From: Octopus vulgaris
Taxonomy: Eukaryota
DNA length: 64,000 bases
NCBI GenBank assembly: GCA_951406725.2
Contig: OX597839.1
Location: 33,604,001-33,668,000 of the forward strand
Reading direction: 5' to 3'
The notes beneath the pieces were generated by a model. That model searched no databases. It was not told the DNA's origin and saw only the letters and a list, made by a program, of their open reading frames with translations. The first letter of the stretch is position 1; each line of letters begins with the position of its first letter. Below are positions 1-12,530 of the stretch, piece by piece. The position numbers and the translations under genes are program-made.

Positions 1-69
1 GCTATTAAGTTAGACATGGCCTGGGCCAATACTGGCCAAAAACCTTTCTAAGTTATTCTAAGTTATATA

Positions 70-290
70 TATATGTATGTGTATGTGTCTGTGTTTGTCC
101 CCCTAGCATTGCTTGACAACCGATGCTGGTGTGTTTATGTCTCCGTCACTTAGCGGTTCGGCAAAAGAGACCGATAGAATAAGTACTGGGCTTACAAAGA
201 ATAAGTCCCAGGGTCGAGTTGCTCGATTAAAAGGCGGTGCTTCAGCATGGCCGCAGTCAAATGACTGAAACAAGTAAAAGAGTAAAGAGA
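70..290 (+). mobile_element. SINE family A, 3' half
   Basis: Matches the tail of full copies at 1708-2110 and 62906-63325 (tgtttgtccccctagcattgcttgacaacc...ggccgcagtcaaatgactgaaacaagtaaaaga). Confidence 0.8.
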
Positions 291-319
291 GAATATCGAT
301 CTATTTTACTCTCCAACGC

Positions 320-353
<34 letters not shown>

Positions 354-393
354 ACAGAAATTAGAGGAAAAAGACAAACAACTAGACATGCAT

Positions 394-431
<38 letters not shown>

Positions 432-879
432 AAAACCAAGTTTATTTATAATTACAATAAAGATTGCGGCTAATTTTCGAAGAATGCAAATGAAATGCGG
501 TGGATTTAGAATTTATAATGTAGAAGATAATTTCTGTTTAGTTTATCCGCTGGCGGATTAACTAAACGAAAACGTTTATCCGGCAAAGATTTAATAAGAA
601 ACTTGAATAGTTAATGGCGTCTGCAGTAAATAGGTTTCAGACCGCATCGTGCAGATTTAATAATCGTTAAGCAACAAGAATAGCCTGGTGACCAGGTGGA
701 TAAATAATTTCTTTAATGAATAGGTAGGAGATTTGCGAAATGAATATTCAATTAAGCAATAAGTTGTTGGCAAAGAAGTTCTGGAAACCCCGAGTTGACC
801 TTTCCTAATGTCGAGATTTCATGCAACAGGGGTCAGCGAGGTGGCAAGGGCGGGGGAACTGGGAAAATACCTAGCACTC

Positions 880-1121
880 TCTTTTACTCTTTTACTTGTT
901 TCAGTCATTTGACTGTTGCCATGCTGGAGCACTGCCTTTTAGTCGAGCAAATCGAACCCAGGACTTATTCTTTGTAAGCCTAGTGCTTATTTTATCATTT
1001 ACTTTTGCCGAACCGCTAAGTTACGGTGACGTAAACACACCAGCATCGGTTGTCAAGCGATGCTGGGGAGACAAACACAGACACACAAGCAAACACACAC
1101 ACACACACACGCACACACACG

Positions 1122-1183
<62 letters not shown>

Positions 1184-1307
1184 CGTGCTTCTTTCAGTTT
1201 CCGTCTACCAAATCCACTCAGAAGGCTTTGGTCGGTCCGAGGCTATAGTAGAAGACACTCGATCAAGGTGCCACGCAGTGGGACAGAACCCGGAACCATG
1301 TGGTTGG
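880..1307 (-). mobile_element. SINE family A, near full-length, with internal (TA)n/(TG)n
   Basis: Reverse complement of the family A head (ggttccgggttc...accttg) and tail, with a microsatellite between the halves. Confidence 0.8.
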
Positions 1308-1462
1308 TAATCACAGGATTCCCAACAGTTTCTCTCTACCAAATTCCACTCACAAAAATCAACCCGAAACTGGGTTCCACTCATTAGAACTATGCACACA
1401 ACAACGATTTAACCACACAGCTATTTTCGATATAAATGCAAAAAAAGCAACAAAAAAAAATC

Positions 1463-1632
1463 GTGCAGGAGTGGCTGCGTGGTAAGTAGCTTGCTTACCA
1501 ACCACATGGTTCCGGGTTCAGTCCCACTGCGTGGCACCTTGGGCAAGTGTCTTCTGCTATAGCTCCGGGCCGACCAATGCCTTGTGAGTGGATTTGGTAG
1601 ACGGAAACTGAAAGAAGCCTGTCGTATATATG

Positions 1633-1679
<47 letters not shown>

Positions 1680-1883
1680 CTGTTTATATGTATGTTTATA
1701 TATATATAGGCGCAGGAGTGGCTGTGTGGTAAGTAGCTTGCTAATCAACCACATGGTTCCGGGTTCAGTCCCACTGCGTGGCATCTTGGGCAAGTGTCTT
1801 CTGCTATAGCTCCGGGCCGACCAATGCCTTGTGAGTGGATTTGGTAGACGGAAACTGAAAGAAGCCTGTCGTATATGCGTGTG

Positions 1884-1918
<35 letters not shown>

Positions 1919-2110
1919 TTGTCCCCCTAGCATTGCTTGACAACCGATGCTGGTGTGTTTACGTCCCCGTCACTTAGCGGTTCGGCAAAAGAGACCGATA
2001 GAATAAGTACTGGGCTTACAAAGAATAAGTCCCGGGGTCGATTTGCTCGACTAAAAGGCGGTGCTCCAGCATGGCCGCAGTCAAATGACTGAAATAAGAA
2101 AAAGAGTAAA
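1463..2110 (+). mobile_element. SINE family A: head-only copy (1463-1630) followed by full copy (1708-2110)
   Basis: tRNA-like head with A box TGGCTGTGTGG and B box GGTTCAGTCCC, then (ac/at)cttgggcaagtgtctt resembling a CORE-SINE segment, internal microsatellite, and 3' stem-loop CAGTCA-AA-TGACTG. Confidence 0.85.
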
Positions 2111-2479
2111 AGCACGTGTTTTTTTGTTTTTTGTTTTTTTTTTGGCTTTGAAATTGGACTTGCATTCTGTCTTCTGTTTGGAGCTGAATTTTATTTAAAT
2201 ATTTTAAAATGTTTCGAGTTACATTTTGTAACGTTGTAACGGAATATGTAATGTGTTAATTACGTCGGTAATTATGTCAAAAATGAATTCCAAACAATGG
2301 ACGCCCGGCGTCTCGTCCCTACATGAATAATGAGACACCTGATGAGAAAAAGCAATCATCATAAATATATTTATGTACACACACATACACGCATATACAT
2401 ACATATACACATACATATATTCATATGTATATATACATGGGTAAGTGTGTGTGTGTGTGTGTGTATGTGTGTGTGTACA

Positions 2480-2635
2480 TAGGCACAGGTGTGGCTGTGT
2501 GGTAAGAAGCTTGTATTCCAACCACATGGTTCCGGGTTCAGTCCCACTGCGTGGCACCTTACTGTAGCTTCGGATCGACCAACAAAGACTTGCAGGTGGA
2601 TTTGATAGGTGGAAACTGAAAGAAGCCCGTCGTAT
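2480..2635 (+). mobile_element. SINE family A head fragment
   Basis: A and B boxes as in 1708-1870. Confidence 0.75.
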
Positions 2636-2703
2636 ATGTGTGTGTATGTGTATACTTACTTGGAAATGGATGCGTGGCGTACAATTAAGTAATGATATAA
2701 ATA

Positions 2704-2755
<52 letters not shown>

Positions 2756-2877
2756 ACACATATATATATGTGTATAAAAAATATATATTCACGTCAGAAA
2801 ACACGGTTGAAGCTACATGCCAAGGGCAGAGATCCCGTGCTTTCGTGTGGAAATTTGTGTATTTTTTTTAACTATAA

Positions 2878-3178
2878 ATAAATGAAAGAATGGAGTTGAA
2901 TGACGATTTAACAAAATTCCTTTATTCTCGACATATGTTTCGAAGACTGCTTATTCCTAATTCCGAAGGAATTATCACTATGGACTCTGTGTGGGCAGTC
3001 ATCTAAAAGTTTTTGTTCGTCATGATGCTGACATAAGTCCCTTGTCTTTCCTGATGAGAAGGCAGCATAATGCACCTTCGGAATTCCTTATTCCTTCGGA
3101 ATTAGGAATATGCAGTCTTCGAAACATATGTCGAGAATAAAGGAATTTTGTTAAATCGTCGTTCGACTCCAGTCTTTC

Positions 3179-3184
<6 letters not shown>
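2878..3184 (+). mobile_element. PLE pseudo-LTR remnant with 5' inverted partial copy
   Basis: Arms 2878-2972 and 3090-3184 are inverted copies. The region contains a hammerhead and ends in (TA)n at 3183-3240. Confidence 0.65.
3047..3136 (+). ncRNA. Hammerhead ribozyme (type I, canonical core, long stem II)
   Basis: TTTC-CTGATGA(3051-3057)-stem II GAAGGCAGCATA...TATGCAGTCTTC-GAAA(3121-3124)-palindromic CATATG-TC-GAGA, giving a GUC cleavage triplet. Confidence 0.75.
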
Positions 3185-3243
<59 letters not shown>

Positions 3244-3672
3244 TGATACTAGTTTCACGAGCTGTGGCCATATATATATGGGTACAGGATGTCACCAACT
3301 GTGTAAACAACATGAAGTACGAAAACAAACGAGTTAAATACGCAAACAATAAGAGAAAAAATGTCAGACAGGCAGACAGATAGATAGCTAGATAGAAAGT
3401 TGTTTCGACACATTTTCATTACTTCAGTATATTGGTGAGACGATATAATTAACTCATTGTGTAATCATTGTCATCAATTAAAGGTGTAAGATGCATGTTT
3501 TCAGGGGAATGCTTTGAATACGTTCTTCCTTAGACCCTACTCTCATTTCAGTCACAGTGAGAACGAATACCCACAGCGGGGTCCTACTTTAGGGAGTTTG
3601 CAGACAAAACCGAACGCATAGATATCAGGACAGACAAAACACAAGTAATATCGCAATACGATATACAGAAAT

Positions 3673-4061
3673 GGATGGAAGCACTCCGTCGGTTGCGACG
3701 ATGAGGGTTCCGGTTGATCCGAATCAACGGAACAGCCTGCTCGTGAAATTAACGTGTAAGTGGCTGAGCACTACACAGACACATGTACCCTTAACGTAGT
3801 TCTCGGGGATATTCAGCGTGACACAGAGAGTGACAAGGCCGGCCCCTTGGAATACAGGTACAACAGAAACAGGAAGTAAGAGTGAGAGAAAGTTGTGGTG
3901 AAAGAGTACAGCAGGGATCACCACCATCCCCTGCCGGGAGCCTCGTGGAGCTTTTGGGTGTTTTCGCTCAATAAACACTCACAACGCCCGGTCTGGGAAT
4001 CGAAACCGCGATCCTAAGACCGCGAGTCCGCTGCCCTAACCACTGGGCCATTGCGCCTCCA
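3673..4061 (-). mobile_element. SINE family C, full-length, tRNA-derived
   Basis: Minus-strand head GGAGGCGCAATGGCCCAGTGGTTAGG...GGTTTCGATTCCC (A/B boxes). A second copy lies at 28486-28855. Confidence 0.85.
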
Positions 4062-4519
4062 CATACAGATATAAGGAAACATTGAAAATACAAAAATGCC
4101 AAGTTAACTATAAGTTGCAATGCTATCTTCATGGTCAGATTACGAAGAAGAAAAGGCAAACAGGATAAAATAGAACATTCTATTGTATTCCATTTTGTCT
4201 TTTATTCCTTATAATCTGACCATGAAGATTAAATTGCAATTTCTTCTTAACATGTTTTTTTTTTCTTTTTTTCTTCTTTTGTTGTGTCTGTTTCTTGGTT
4301 TCTGTACTTTGTAAAAGACGGATGAAATATGGCTAAGCATTTTTCTCGGCGTGGTAACGATTCTGGTAGCTCGCCGCCTTAATAATAAGAGCACTCCGCC
4401 AAGGCAACACCAACGTTCTCTCAACGATTAGCCAGAGATGATTTTTAAAATGAGAATATCTGAAATAAACTCAATTGCTCTCACAAATGACAATACTAAA
4501 AGTGAACCCGACAACTCTC

Positions 4520-4740
4520 AAAAATTAAGTTAAAAAACCCGAAAAATAATCCAGAATCCTTGTCTGGTACTGGATCGATCCCAAAATCTAATCAATTCAT
4601 GTCTGTCACGAGGTCAAAACATCTCTGAAAGTTTTATCCGACTCCATCCAGCAGTTCTTGAGATATCTTGTCCACAGACAAACAAACAACAAATATGACT
4701 GAAAACAATACCTCCGATTTCGCTAGGGTGGAAGTAATAA
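4520..4740 (+). mobile_element. Helentron-associated (HINE/DINE-1-like) non-autonomous element 3' part
   Basis: acagacaaacaaac microsatellite followed by gaaaacaatacctcc...ggaagtaataa, a terminal hairpin-like end typical of such elements (recognised by pattern only). Confidence 0.4.
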
Positions 4741-4819
4741 TCTTGTCTGCTGCAGGCACAAGAACTGGAATTTGGGAGAGGGGGAGAGTCGATTACATCG
4801 ACCCCAATGCTTCACGTCT

Positions 4820-5340
4820 GACGATGTGGGATGCAATGATCCAATGCGATCACCTGACCAGAAATCGGACACTGGACATTGTTGTGGTGAATAAAAAAGA
4901 AAGAACCTGAATGATAATCGACATGGCATGATCCCTCTGACCACAGGATCAGTGTGAAAGAAGAAGAAAAAATAAACAAAAATTTTCTAAAAGTTGCAAA
5001 AAAAAGTTATGAGGGATTTTAAGTGGGAAACACGAAGGTTGTGGTCAATGAAGAGGGTAGACTTGATACCAATTGTAATTGGTGCACTTGGAAGTACCAG
5101 CACTCAACTGCCAACAATGGCTGAAAAAGATTGGTGCAAGTGTGAAGGTAGAACACCTACAAAAATCAGCATTGCTTGGAACTGTAAGAATTCTTCGCAG
5201 GGGTTCTTGAAGCATGACCAGTAAAACAAGTGTCACCTTAGTCTGCTGGCTGTGGACACCTGACACTTTCCATCATACCCAGCAAAATAAGCTGTGAGTT
5301 TTAATACTACTACTACAACAACAACAACAATAATAATAAT
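4820..5340 (+). mobile_element. Degraded 3' end of an R4/Dong-like non-LTR retrotransposon (restriction-like endonuclease domain)
   Basis: Broken frames read WDAMIQCDH..R.LDIVVVNKKE...IIDMA, KWETRRLWSMKRVDLIPIVIGALG and LQKSALLGTVRILRRVL, followed by a (TAC/CAA/TAA)n tail. Confidence 0.75.
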
Positions 5341-5560
5341 CCTTCAACTACAGGCAAAAAAACCCAGAATTTTTTTGGAGGGGTGCCTAGTGAATTACAT
5401 CAACTCCAGTGTTTTACTGATACTTAATTTATCGACCCTGAAAAACTGAAAAGCAAAGTCGACCTCTGCGGAATTTGAACTCAGAACGTAGCAGTAGTAA
5501 ACAAAAACACTGCTTAGCATTTTGCCCGGCTTGCTAAGGATTCTGCCACCCTGCCGCCTT
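5340..5560 (-). mobile_element. SINE family B, degraded
   Basis: gtcgacctctgcggaatttgaactcagaacgt...ttttgcccggc...ctgccgcct is the reverse complement of the family B head. Confidence 0.7.
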
Positions 5561-5580
5561 AACGATAATATTAACAAGTT

Positions 5581-5732
5581 GAAGAAGAAGAAGAAGAAGA
5601 AGAAGAAGAAGAAGAAGAAGAAGAAGAAGAAGAAGAAGAAGAAGAAGAAGAAGAAGAAGAAGAAGAAGAAAAAGAAGAAGAAGAAGAAATGGGGAGAAGG
5701 AAAATGAGGAGGAAATGAAGAAGAAAAAGGAA

Positions 5733-5799
<67 letters not shown>

Positions 5800-5800
5800 A
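5581..5800. repeat. (GAA)n and (GAT)n microsatellites
   Basis: Direct reading. Confidence 0.95.
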
Positions 5801-5954
5801 TGATGATGGTGATTATGACAAGGAGGAGGAGTAGGAGGAGGACGACGACGGCAACGATGACGATATTGATGATGACGAGCATTCAACAATTGCAAGAAGA
5901 TCAAGTACAAGGAGAACAACAACAACAACAACCACCATAGCAATAATATTATAT

Positions 5955-5985
<31 letters not shown>

Positions 5986-6460
5986 ATCAATGATATTGAA
6001 AACCCTGAAGAATAGGTGCCCCAATATCAGAGAATGTTACCTGAAAAGATAGGCTTCTGTCATGCATTTATGCCGCTATTTCCCTATTGTCCTCCATATA
6101 CTGTGAAAGGCCTGATGAGTATCGATTATTTTCTTTCTGAAGACTTACAATAAAATATTGAGCGGGATTTCTATTCATATGCTCACTTGATGTACATTAA
6201 TATCGGGAAATATGGGAAATCGTTGAATGCTTTTGAATAATTATCAAGCGAAACACTATAATGCACAGCTAAACCCCATCATGATCTTAGCAGAACCCAG
6301 AAACCGGTAAAATAATATTAGTTTAGTGCGGTGGCATGGAGCACCTTTAAAAGTGTAATTATTGTCTACTCTCGGTGATTGTAAAAGCTACCTCAAACGT
6401 TCGACGACTTCAAGTGATTATCGAGGAAATTCTAGCTGTACAAAAGAATGAAAGAGAACA

Positions 6461-6958
6461 GGACATCATGTGGGATTAATAAACCTCTTCAGATCTTGTC
6501 GTCGTTCTTACAGCGATGAGGGCCATATAATACACACAAAAAAAAGAAACGTGGGTGGCCGAGTGGATACTGTACAGAGCAACGAACGTGGAGACTGAGC
6601 GTTTGTGTTCATTGCTCTGGAAAAGTGGACATCATGTGGGATTAATAAACCTCTTCAGATCTTGTCGTCGTTCTTACAGCGATGAGGGCCATATAATACA
6701 CACACAAAAAAGAAATTTGGGTGGCCGAGTGGATACTGTACAGAGCAACGAACGTGGAGACTGGGCGTTCGTGTCCGTTGCTCTGGAAAAGTGGACATCA
6801 TGTGGGATTAATAAACCTCTTCAGATCTTGTCGTCGTTCTTACAGCGATGAGGGCCATATAATACACACAAAAAAAAGAAATTTGGGTGGCCGAGTGGAT
6901 ACTGTACAGAGCAACGAACGTGGAGACTGGGCGTTCGTGTCCGTTGCTCTGGAAAAGT
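6461..6958 (+). repeat. Tandem repeat, 3 x 166 bp, each unit with Pol III A/B-box-like motifs and a hairpin
   Basis: Units start at 6461, 6627 and 6793 (ggacatcatgtggg). Each has TGGCCGAGTGG, and units 2-3 have GTTCGTGTCC and the CAGAGCAACG/CGTTGCTCTG stem. Confidence 0.85.
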
Positions 6959-7545
6959 GATTCACAACCAAGGGCCCATATAGGGTTTTGTTGTTAAAGT
7001 TTATGAGAAATGAATTAGTGATGTTTCTACAATATGCTGAAGCACCGCCTTTAGTTGAAGAAATCTACTCCAGTACTTATTCCTTGTAAGCCTGGTACTT
7101 ATTCTATCGGTCCTTTTGCCGAGCCGCTAAGTTACAGGGACGTAAGCACACCAACATCGGTTGTCAAGCGATGGAGCAGGGACAAACACAGACACAGAAA
7201 CATATACATACACACACACACACATATATATATATATACATATATATACATGTATATATGTATGTATGTATGTATATATTATGTATGTATGTATGTGTGT
7301 GTGTTTGTCTCCAATCATCGCTTGACAACCGGTAGTAGTGTGTTTATACCCCCTCCCCGTAACATCAGCTGATCAGCAAAAAAGACCGAGATCGACTTTG
7401 CCTTTCATTCTTTCGGGGTCGATAAATTAAGTACCAATTACTCACTGGGGTCGTTGTAATCGACTTAATACCTATGTCTGTCCTTGTTTGTCCCTCTCTG
7501 TGTTTAGCCCCTTGTGGGTAATAAAGAAATAGGTACTACTGCTAA

Positions 7546-8128
<583 letters not shown>

Positions 8129-8546
8129 GGTTGCTATACATTAAAATGTTGACGAGCGCCACTTTTATATGCCGTGTACATAAATTGTATGACACGCGGA
8201 CAATTCTGCATAAAGATGAGGATCCGTCGATGTGTGTCTTGGGAATTTTTAAATGTCGCCATGTTAGTTTGCCGTGATCGACACAACAACAACAGAAAAA
8301 AAAACAGAAAGAAAACTGGACAGTCATCGCAATGATTGACGGAGATCCATTTACACAATATCGCCATCTTTATATCATTCTACCTCAATTATGTTGATAT
8401 TAGATTTTTATTATTATTATCCTTCTGGCAGCGAATTATTATTATTATTATTAATTATTATTATTATTATTATTACTTCTTGTTATTATTGATATTATTA
8501 GAACTTATTATTATTTATGGGTAGCGAGATATCCAAACAGATTTTT

Positions 8547-8985
8547 CTTCTTCTTCTTCTTCTTCTTCTTCTTCTTCTTCTTCTTCTTCTTCTTCTTCTT
8601 CTTCTTCTTCTTCTTCTTCTTCTTCTTCTTCTTCTTCTTCTTCTTCTTCTTCTTCTTCTTCTTCTTCTTCTTCTTCTTCTTCTTCTTCTTCTTCTTCTTC
8701 TTCTTCTTCTTCTGCTTCTTCTTCTTCTTCTTCTTCCTATTATTATCATCATCCCCTCCTTCTACATCTTACCTCTTTTTCCTTTTCTTCCTCTTCTATT
8801 TCATCTTCTTTTTCTTTCTTCTTTTTCTTCTTCTTCTTCCTATTATTATTATCATTATTCCCTCCTCCTCCACCTTTCTTCTTCGTTTTCCCTTTCTTCT
8901 TCTTCTTCTTCTTCTTCTTCTTCTTCTTCTTCTTCTCCTCCTCCTCCTCCTCCTCCTCCTCCTCTCCTCCTCCTTCTCCTTCTTC
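8547..8985. repeat. (CTT)n/(CCT)n polypyrimidine tract
   Basis: Direct reading. Confidence 0.95.
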
Positions 8986-9169
8986 CAAACATTAATTACA
9001 AGGAATTAGATAAATCTTGCAAGATATGAATACAACATTCCGAGTTATCAGAGATGTTTCCTTCTGACAAAATAATTCCAACAACAAGAATTACAAATTG
9101 CTCGAAGCAATTTCTTTCAATTGTTGTGTTGTCCTCTTTATAAACTCGTCCGTATTGTGGGTCACACAA

Positions 9170-9575
9170 TTTGGACTAATTAAAAAATAAAAAAAAACGC
9201 ATTCCCTCTGTTACGACGACGGTGATTCAAGTTGATCCGATCAACAGGACAGTCACCTTGTGAAATTAACGTGCAAGTGGCTGAGTACTCCACAGACACG
9301 CGTACCGTTAGCGTAGTTCTAGGGAGATCCAGCGTGACACAGAATGGGACAAGGTTGGACCTTTTGAAAAACTTGATGTCTGGACTAATTTAAAACAAAA
9401 ACGCATTCCCTCTGTTACGACGACGGCGATTCAAGTTGATCCGATCAACAGGACAGTCACCTTGTGAAATTAACGTGCAAGTGGCTGAGTACTCCACAGA
9501 CACGCGTACCGTTAGCGTAGTTCTAGGGAGATCCAGCGTGACACAGAATGGGACAAGGTTGGACCTTTTGAAAAA
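9170..9575 (-). repeat. Tandem duplication (~200 bp x2) of a diverged SINE-C-like 3' segment
   Basis: cgcattccctctgttacgacgacgg...ggaccttttgaaaa occurs twice and resembles 3680-3850. Confidence 0.8.
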
Positions 9576-9751
9576 CAGGTTCTATTGATGCCTGCACGCT
9601 GAGTGCACAAAAGAAACGTGAAAAGTTAATTGAACTCGCAACCGTATGATCGTGCGCTAAATACACTAACCACTAAGCTACGCACTTTCGCTAATTATTG
9701 ATTGAATGATCACACATGAAACAATCCCTGTCTGCCTATATAGACACAAGA

Positions 9752-10166
9752 GGCGGCGAGCTGGCAGAAGCGTTAGCGCGCCGGGCGAAATGCTTAGCGG
9801 CATTTCGTCTGTCGTTATGTTCTGAGTTCAAATTCCGCCGAGGCCGACTTTGCCTTTCATCCTTTCGGGGTCGATAAATAAAGTACTAGTTTCGCACTGG
9901 GGTCGATGTAATCGACTTAATCCCTTTGTCTATCTTTGTTTGTCCCCTCTATGTTTAGCCCCTTGTGGGTAGTAAAGAAATAGGTATTTCGTCTGTCGTT
10001 ACGTTCTGAGTTCAAATTCCGCCGAGGTTGACTTTGCCTTTCATCCTTTCGGGGTCGATAAATAAAGTACTAGTTTCGCACTGGGGTCAATGTAATCGAC
10101 TTAATCCGTTTGTCTGTCCTTGTTTGTCCCTTCTATGTTTAGCCCCTTGTGGGCAATAAAGAAATA
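9752..10166 (+). mobile_element. SINE family B with internal duplication and 15-bp TSD
   Basis: A box TGGCAGAAGCGTTAG, B box GAGTTCAAATTCC, central gactttgcctttcatcctttcggggtcgataaa (resembles the Meta/MESC SINE domain). TSD TATATAGACACAAGA at 9737-9751 and 10167-10181. Confidence 0.9.
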
Positions 10167-10186
10167 TATATAGACACAAGATTTGA

Positions 10187-10436
10187 TGTGTCTGGGGAGA
10201 GTCATTCTCTTTTGGTCCCTTATAATTTAACACACGCACCGGTAAAATTTCCACTCGTTTCCTTCTTTATTTTTCTAAAATTTTCGTCTTGCAACGAAAC
10301 TGTTGAAAATGTTGCAAGATGCAACGAAGATTGTAGAAATATTAAAACAAAAATAAAAGAAGTAATAAGTGAAAATTTTACCGGTGAGGGTTTTAAATTA
10401 TAAGGCACCAAAAGAGAATGCCTCTCCCCAGACACA
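10187..10436. mobile_element. MITE-like inverted-repeat element (~70-bp arms)
   Basis: tgtgtctggggagagtcattctcttttgg...ccggtaaaattt pairs with aaattttaccgg...ccaaaagagaatgcctctccccagacaca. Confidence 0.7.
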
Positions 10437-10829
10437 ACAGAATATGCTTCAACACACGAACTCACATAAAGAATCTTGCAAACCAAAATCCAAAAATGAA
10501 ATATATAAAAATAAGAATCTCTAAAATATAAAGAGAAAGCAAATGAAAACAGACCTGATTTAAGGAAGTTTTCAGTCAGAAGTAGAACTGCTACTGCTAG
10601 TAACTACTTCTATGCAGATTACTTCAGAACAATTGTTTGAAAAGCTGAAAGTAGTGAAAAGCGCTTACACAAAAGTTTCCTTCCATCATGTCTGAGATAA
10701 TTTGGTTTGTGTGAAAGACATTTTATGCAATTACTAGATGTACCCGCCGTGATCCGTTAGATCACAGCCACTCCAAGTTGAAAATGTCGATTCGCAGCGG
10801 GAAATGAAAAAATGCCATTTTGAACTTCC

Positions 10830-11296
10830 ATGTAATAAAATTCTGTCTTTGGTATGACAGCATAAACTCGACCGAGTGCTTCTTCATTGACAAGGTTCAA
10901 ATGACCTTCAATTTTTTTTCCTCGCTTTCTTCTGTTGCCGTTCTATGTTCCTATTGTTCCAAGTGAAACACCTGGGTACTCCAGCATAAAGTAATATTTT
11001 TGCAAAGTCATCATTGATGCACAATGAAAAGAATTCTGTCAATGGTGTTCTCATACGTCGTTCATTGTCGGCCATATTTATCCTCATTATTTCTGAGCTA
11101 TATTCTCTGTTCATCTGGTTAATGAACTTTCAGCCGAACTATTTCACGTGCTCTTTCGTGTATTGAAAATCCTGCAACGGATGCAACTGCTTCGGGTGGT
11201 CCAGTATACCTACCAATTAGATATTGACTAATTTCGTTATCATTGTTTATTTGAACAGCAGCTTGACCATTTCCTTACAGCGTGTATTTGATGACG
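10830..11296 (-). pseudogene. Helitron Rep/helicase coding fragment
   Basis: Minus-strand frames read KYVIKY..*G.GQA....NEISQYLIGRY...EAV....FSIHER, then TPLTEFFSLCINDDFAKILLYAGVPRCFTWN and LGRVYAV. These match conserved Helitron RepHel motifs, with stops and frameshifts. Confidence 0.75.
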
Positions 11297-11711
11297 GGAT
11301 CTTTTCGGTTTGAACGGCAGTTTTTAACATAATTTCTACATAACTAAAAAAATTTAAACTTCGTACACTGGTAAGATGTGTTTATAAAACATCTTTTTCT
11401 CTTGGTTTTATTAAGAAAATTCTATAGTTTGTAAGATATTTGTTGTTCTTTCTGTAATTTCTGCAATTTCAACCAATCACTGACGTCTATTGAGGGAAAA
11501 ACCATTCTGTGCCGTATGAATATGTCCCTCGTTTAAGAAACAGATTGGGTTTATTTACATTTGTGAAGAAAAAAAGATACCCTTCCCCACACCCCTAACC
11601 CTAACCCTAAAACAGATTGAAATGCAATAGATCGATACTAGAGTCATAATTATGGGTGACAATTTCATATGACACCGCTAGAAAAAACTGCCGGTCAAAC
11701 CGAAAAGATCC
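11297..11711. mobile_element. MITE with GGATCTTTTC TIRs and 8-bp TSD, inserted into the Helitron fragment
   Basis: TIRs ggatcttttcggtttgaacggcagttttt / aaaaactgccggtcaaaccgaaaagatcc. TSD TGATGACG at 11289-11296 and 11712-11719. Confidence 0.85.
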
Positions 11712-11724
11712 TGATGACGTACTT

Positions 11725-12530
11725 ATTTTTATTTCTTTATTGCCCACAAGGGCATAAACACAGAGAGGACAAAGACAGACAGACGGACCAAGTCGATTAT
11801 ATCGACCCCAGTGCGGGATCTTTTCCTTTTGAACGGCAGTTTTCAACACAATTTCTAGTTAACTAAACACTTTTAAACTTCGTATACTGGTAGAATGTGT
11901 TTATAAAACATCATTTTTTTTTCTTGATAAATACATTCTACCAGTATACGAAGTTTAAAAGTGTTTAGTTAACTAGAAATTGTGTTGAAAACTGCCGTTC
12001 AAAAGGAAAAGATCCCCTGTGCGTAACTGGTACTTAGTTTATCGACCCCGAAAGGATAAAAGGCGAAGTCGACCTCGGCGGAATTTGAACTCAGAACGTA
12101 GCGTCAGACGAAACACCTATTTCTTTACTACCCACAAGGGGCTAAACATAGAGACAAACAAGGACAGACAAAGGGTTTAAGTCGATTACATCGACCCCAG
12201 TGCGTAACTGGTACTTAGTTTATCGACCCCGAAAGGATGAAAGGCGAAGTCGACCTCAGCAGAATTTGAACTCACAACGTGGAGACGATGAAATACTTAT
12301 TTCTTTACTACCCACACAGGGGTTAAACACAGAGGAGACAAACAAGGACAGACATAGGGATTAAGTCGATTACATCGACCCCAGTGCGTAACTGGTACTT
12401 AATTTATCGACCCCGAAAGGATGAAAGGCGAAGTCGACCTCGGCGGAATTTGAACTCGGAACGTAGCGGCAGAGGAAACCCTGCTATGCATTTCGCCCGG
12501 CGTGCTAACGCTTCTGCCAGCTCGCCGCCG
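11725..12530 (-). mobile_element. SINE family B with ~180-bp internal tandem amplification
   Basis: Repeated gtcgattacatcgaccccagtgcgtaactggtactt...cgaaagg...ggaatttgaactc units, with the head at ~12530. Confidence 0.85.
11816..12015. mobile_element. 200-bp palindromic MITE of the same TIR family, inserted into SINE B
   Basis: ~88-bp near-perfect arms. 8-bp TSD CCAGTGCG (11808-11815) / CCTGTGCG (12016-12023). Confidence 0.85.

Noticed and set aside
3990-4061. tRNA gene
   Set aside because: The tRNA-like head is continuous with a 390-bp repeat present in several copies and the acceptor stem is not closed. It is a SINE head.
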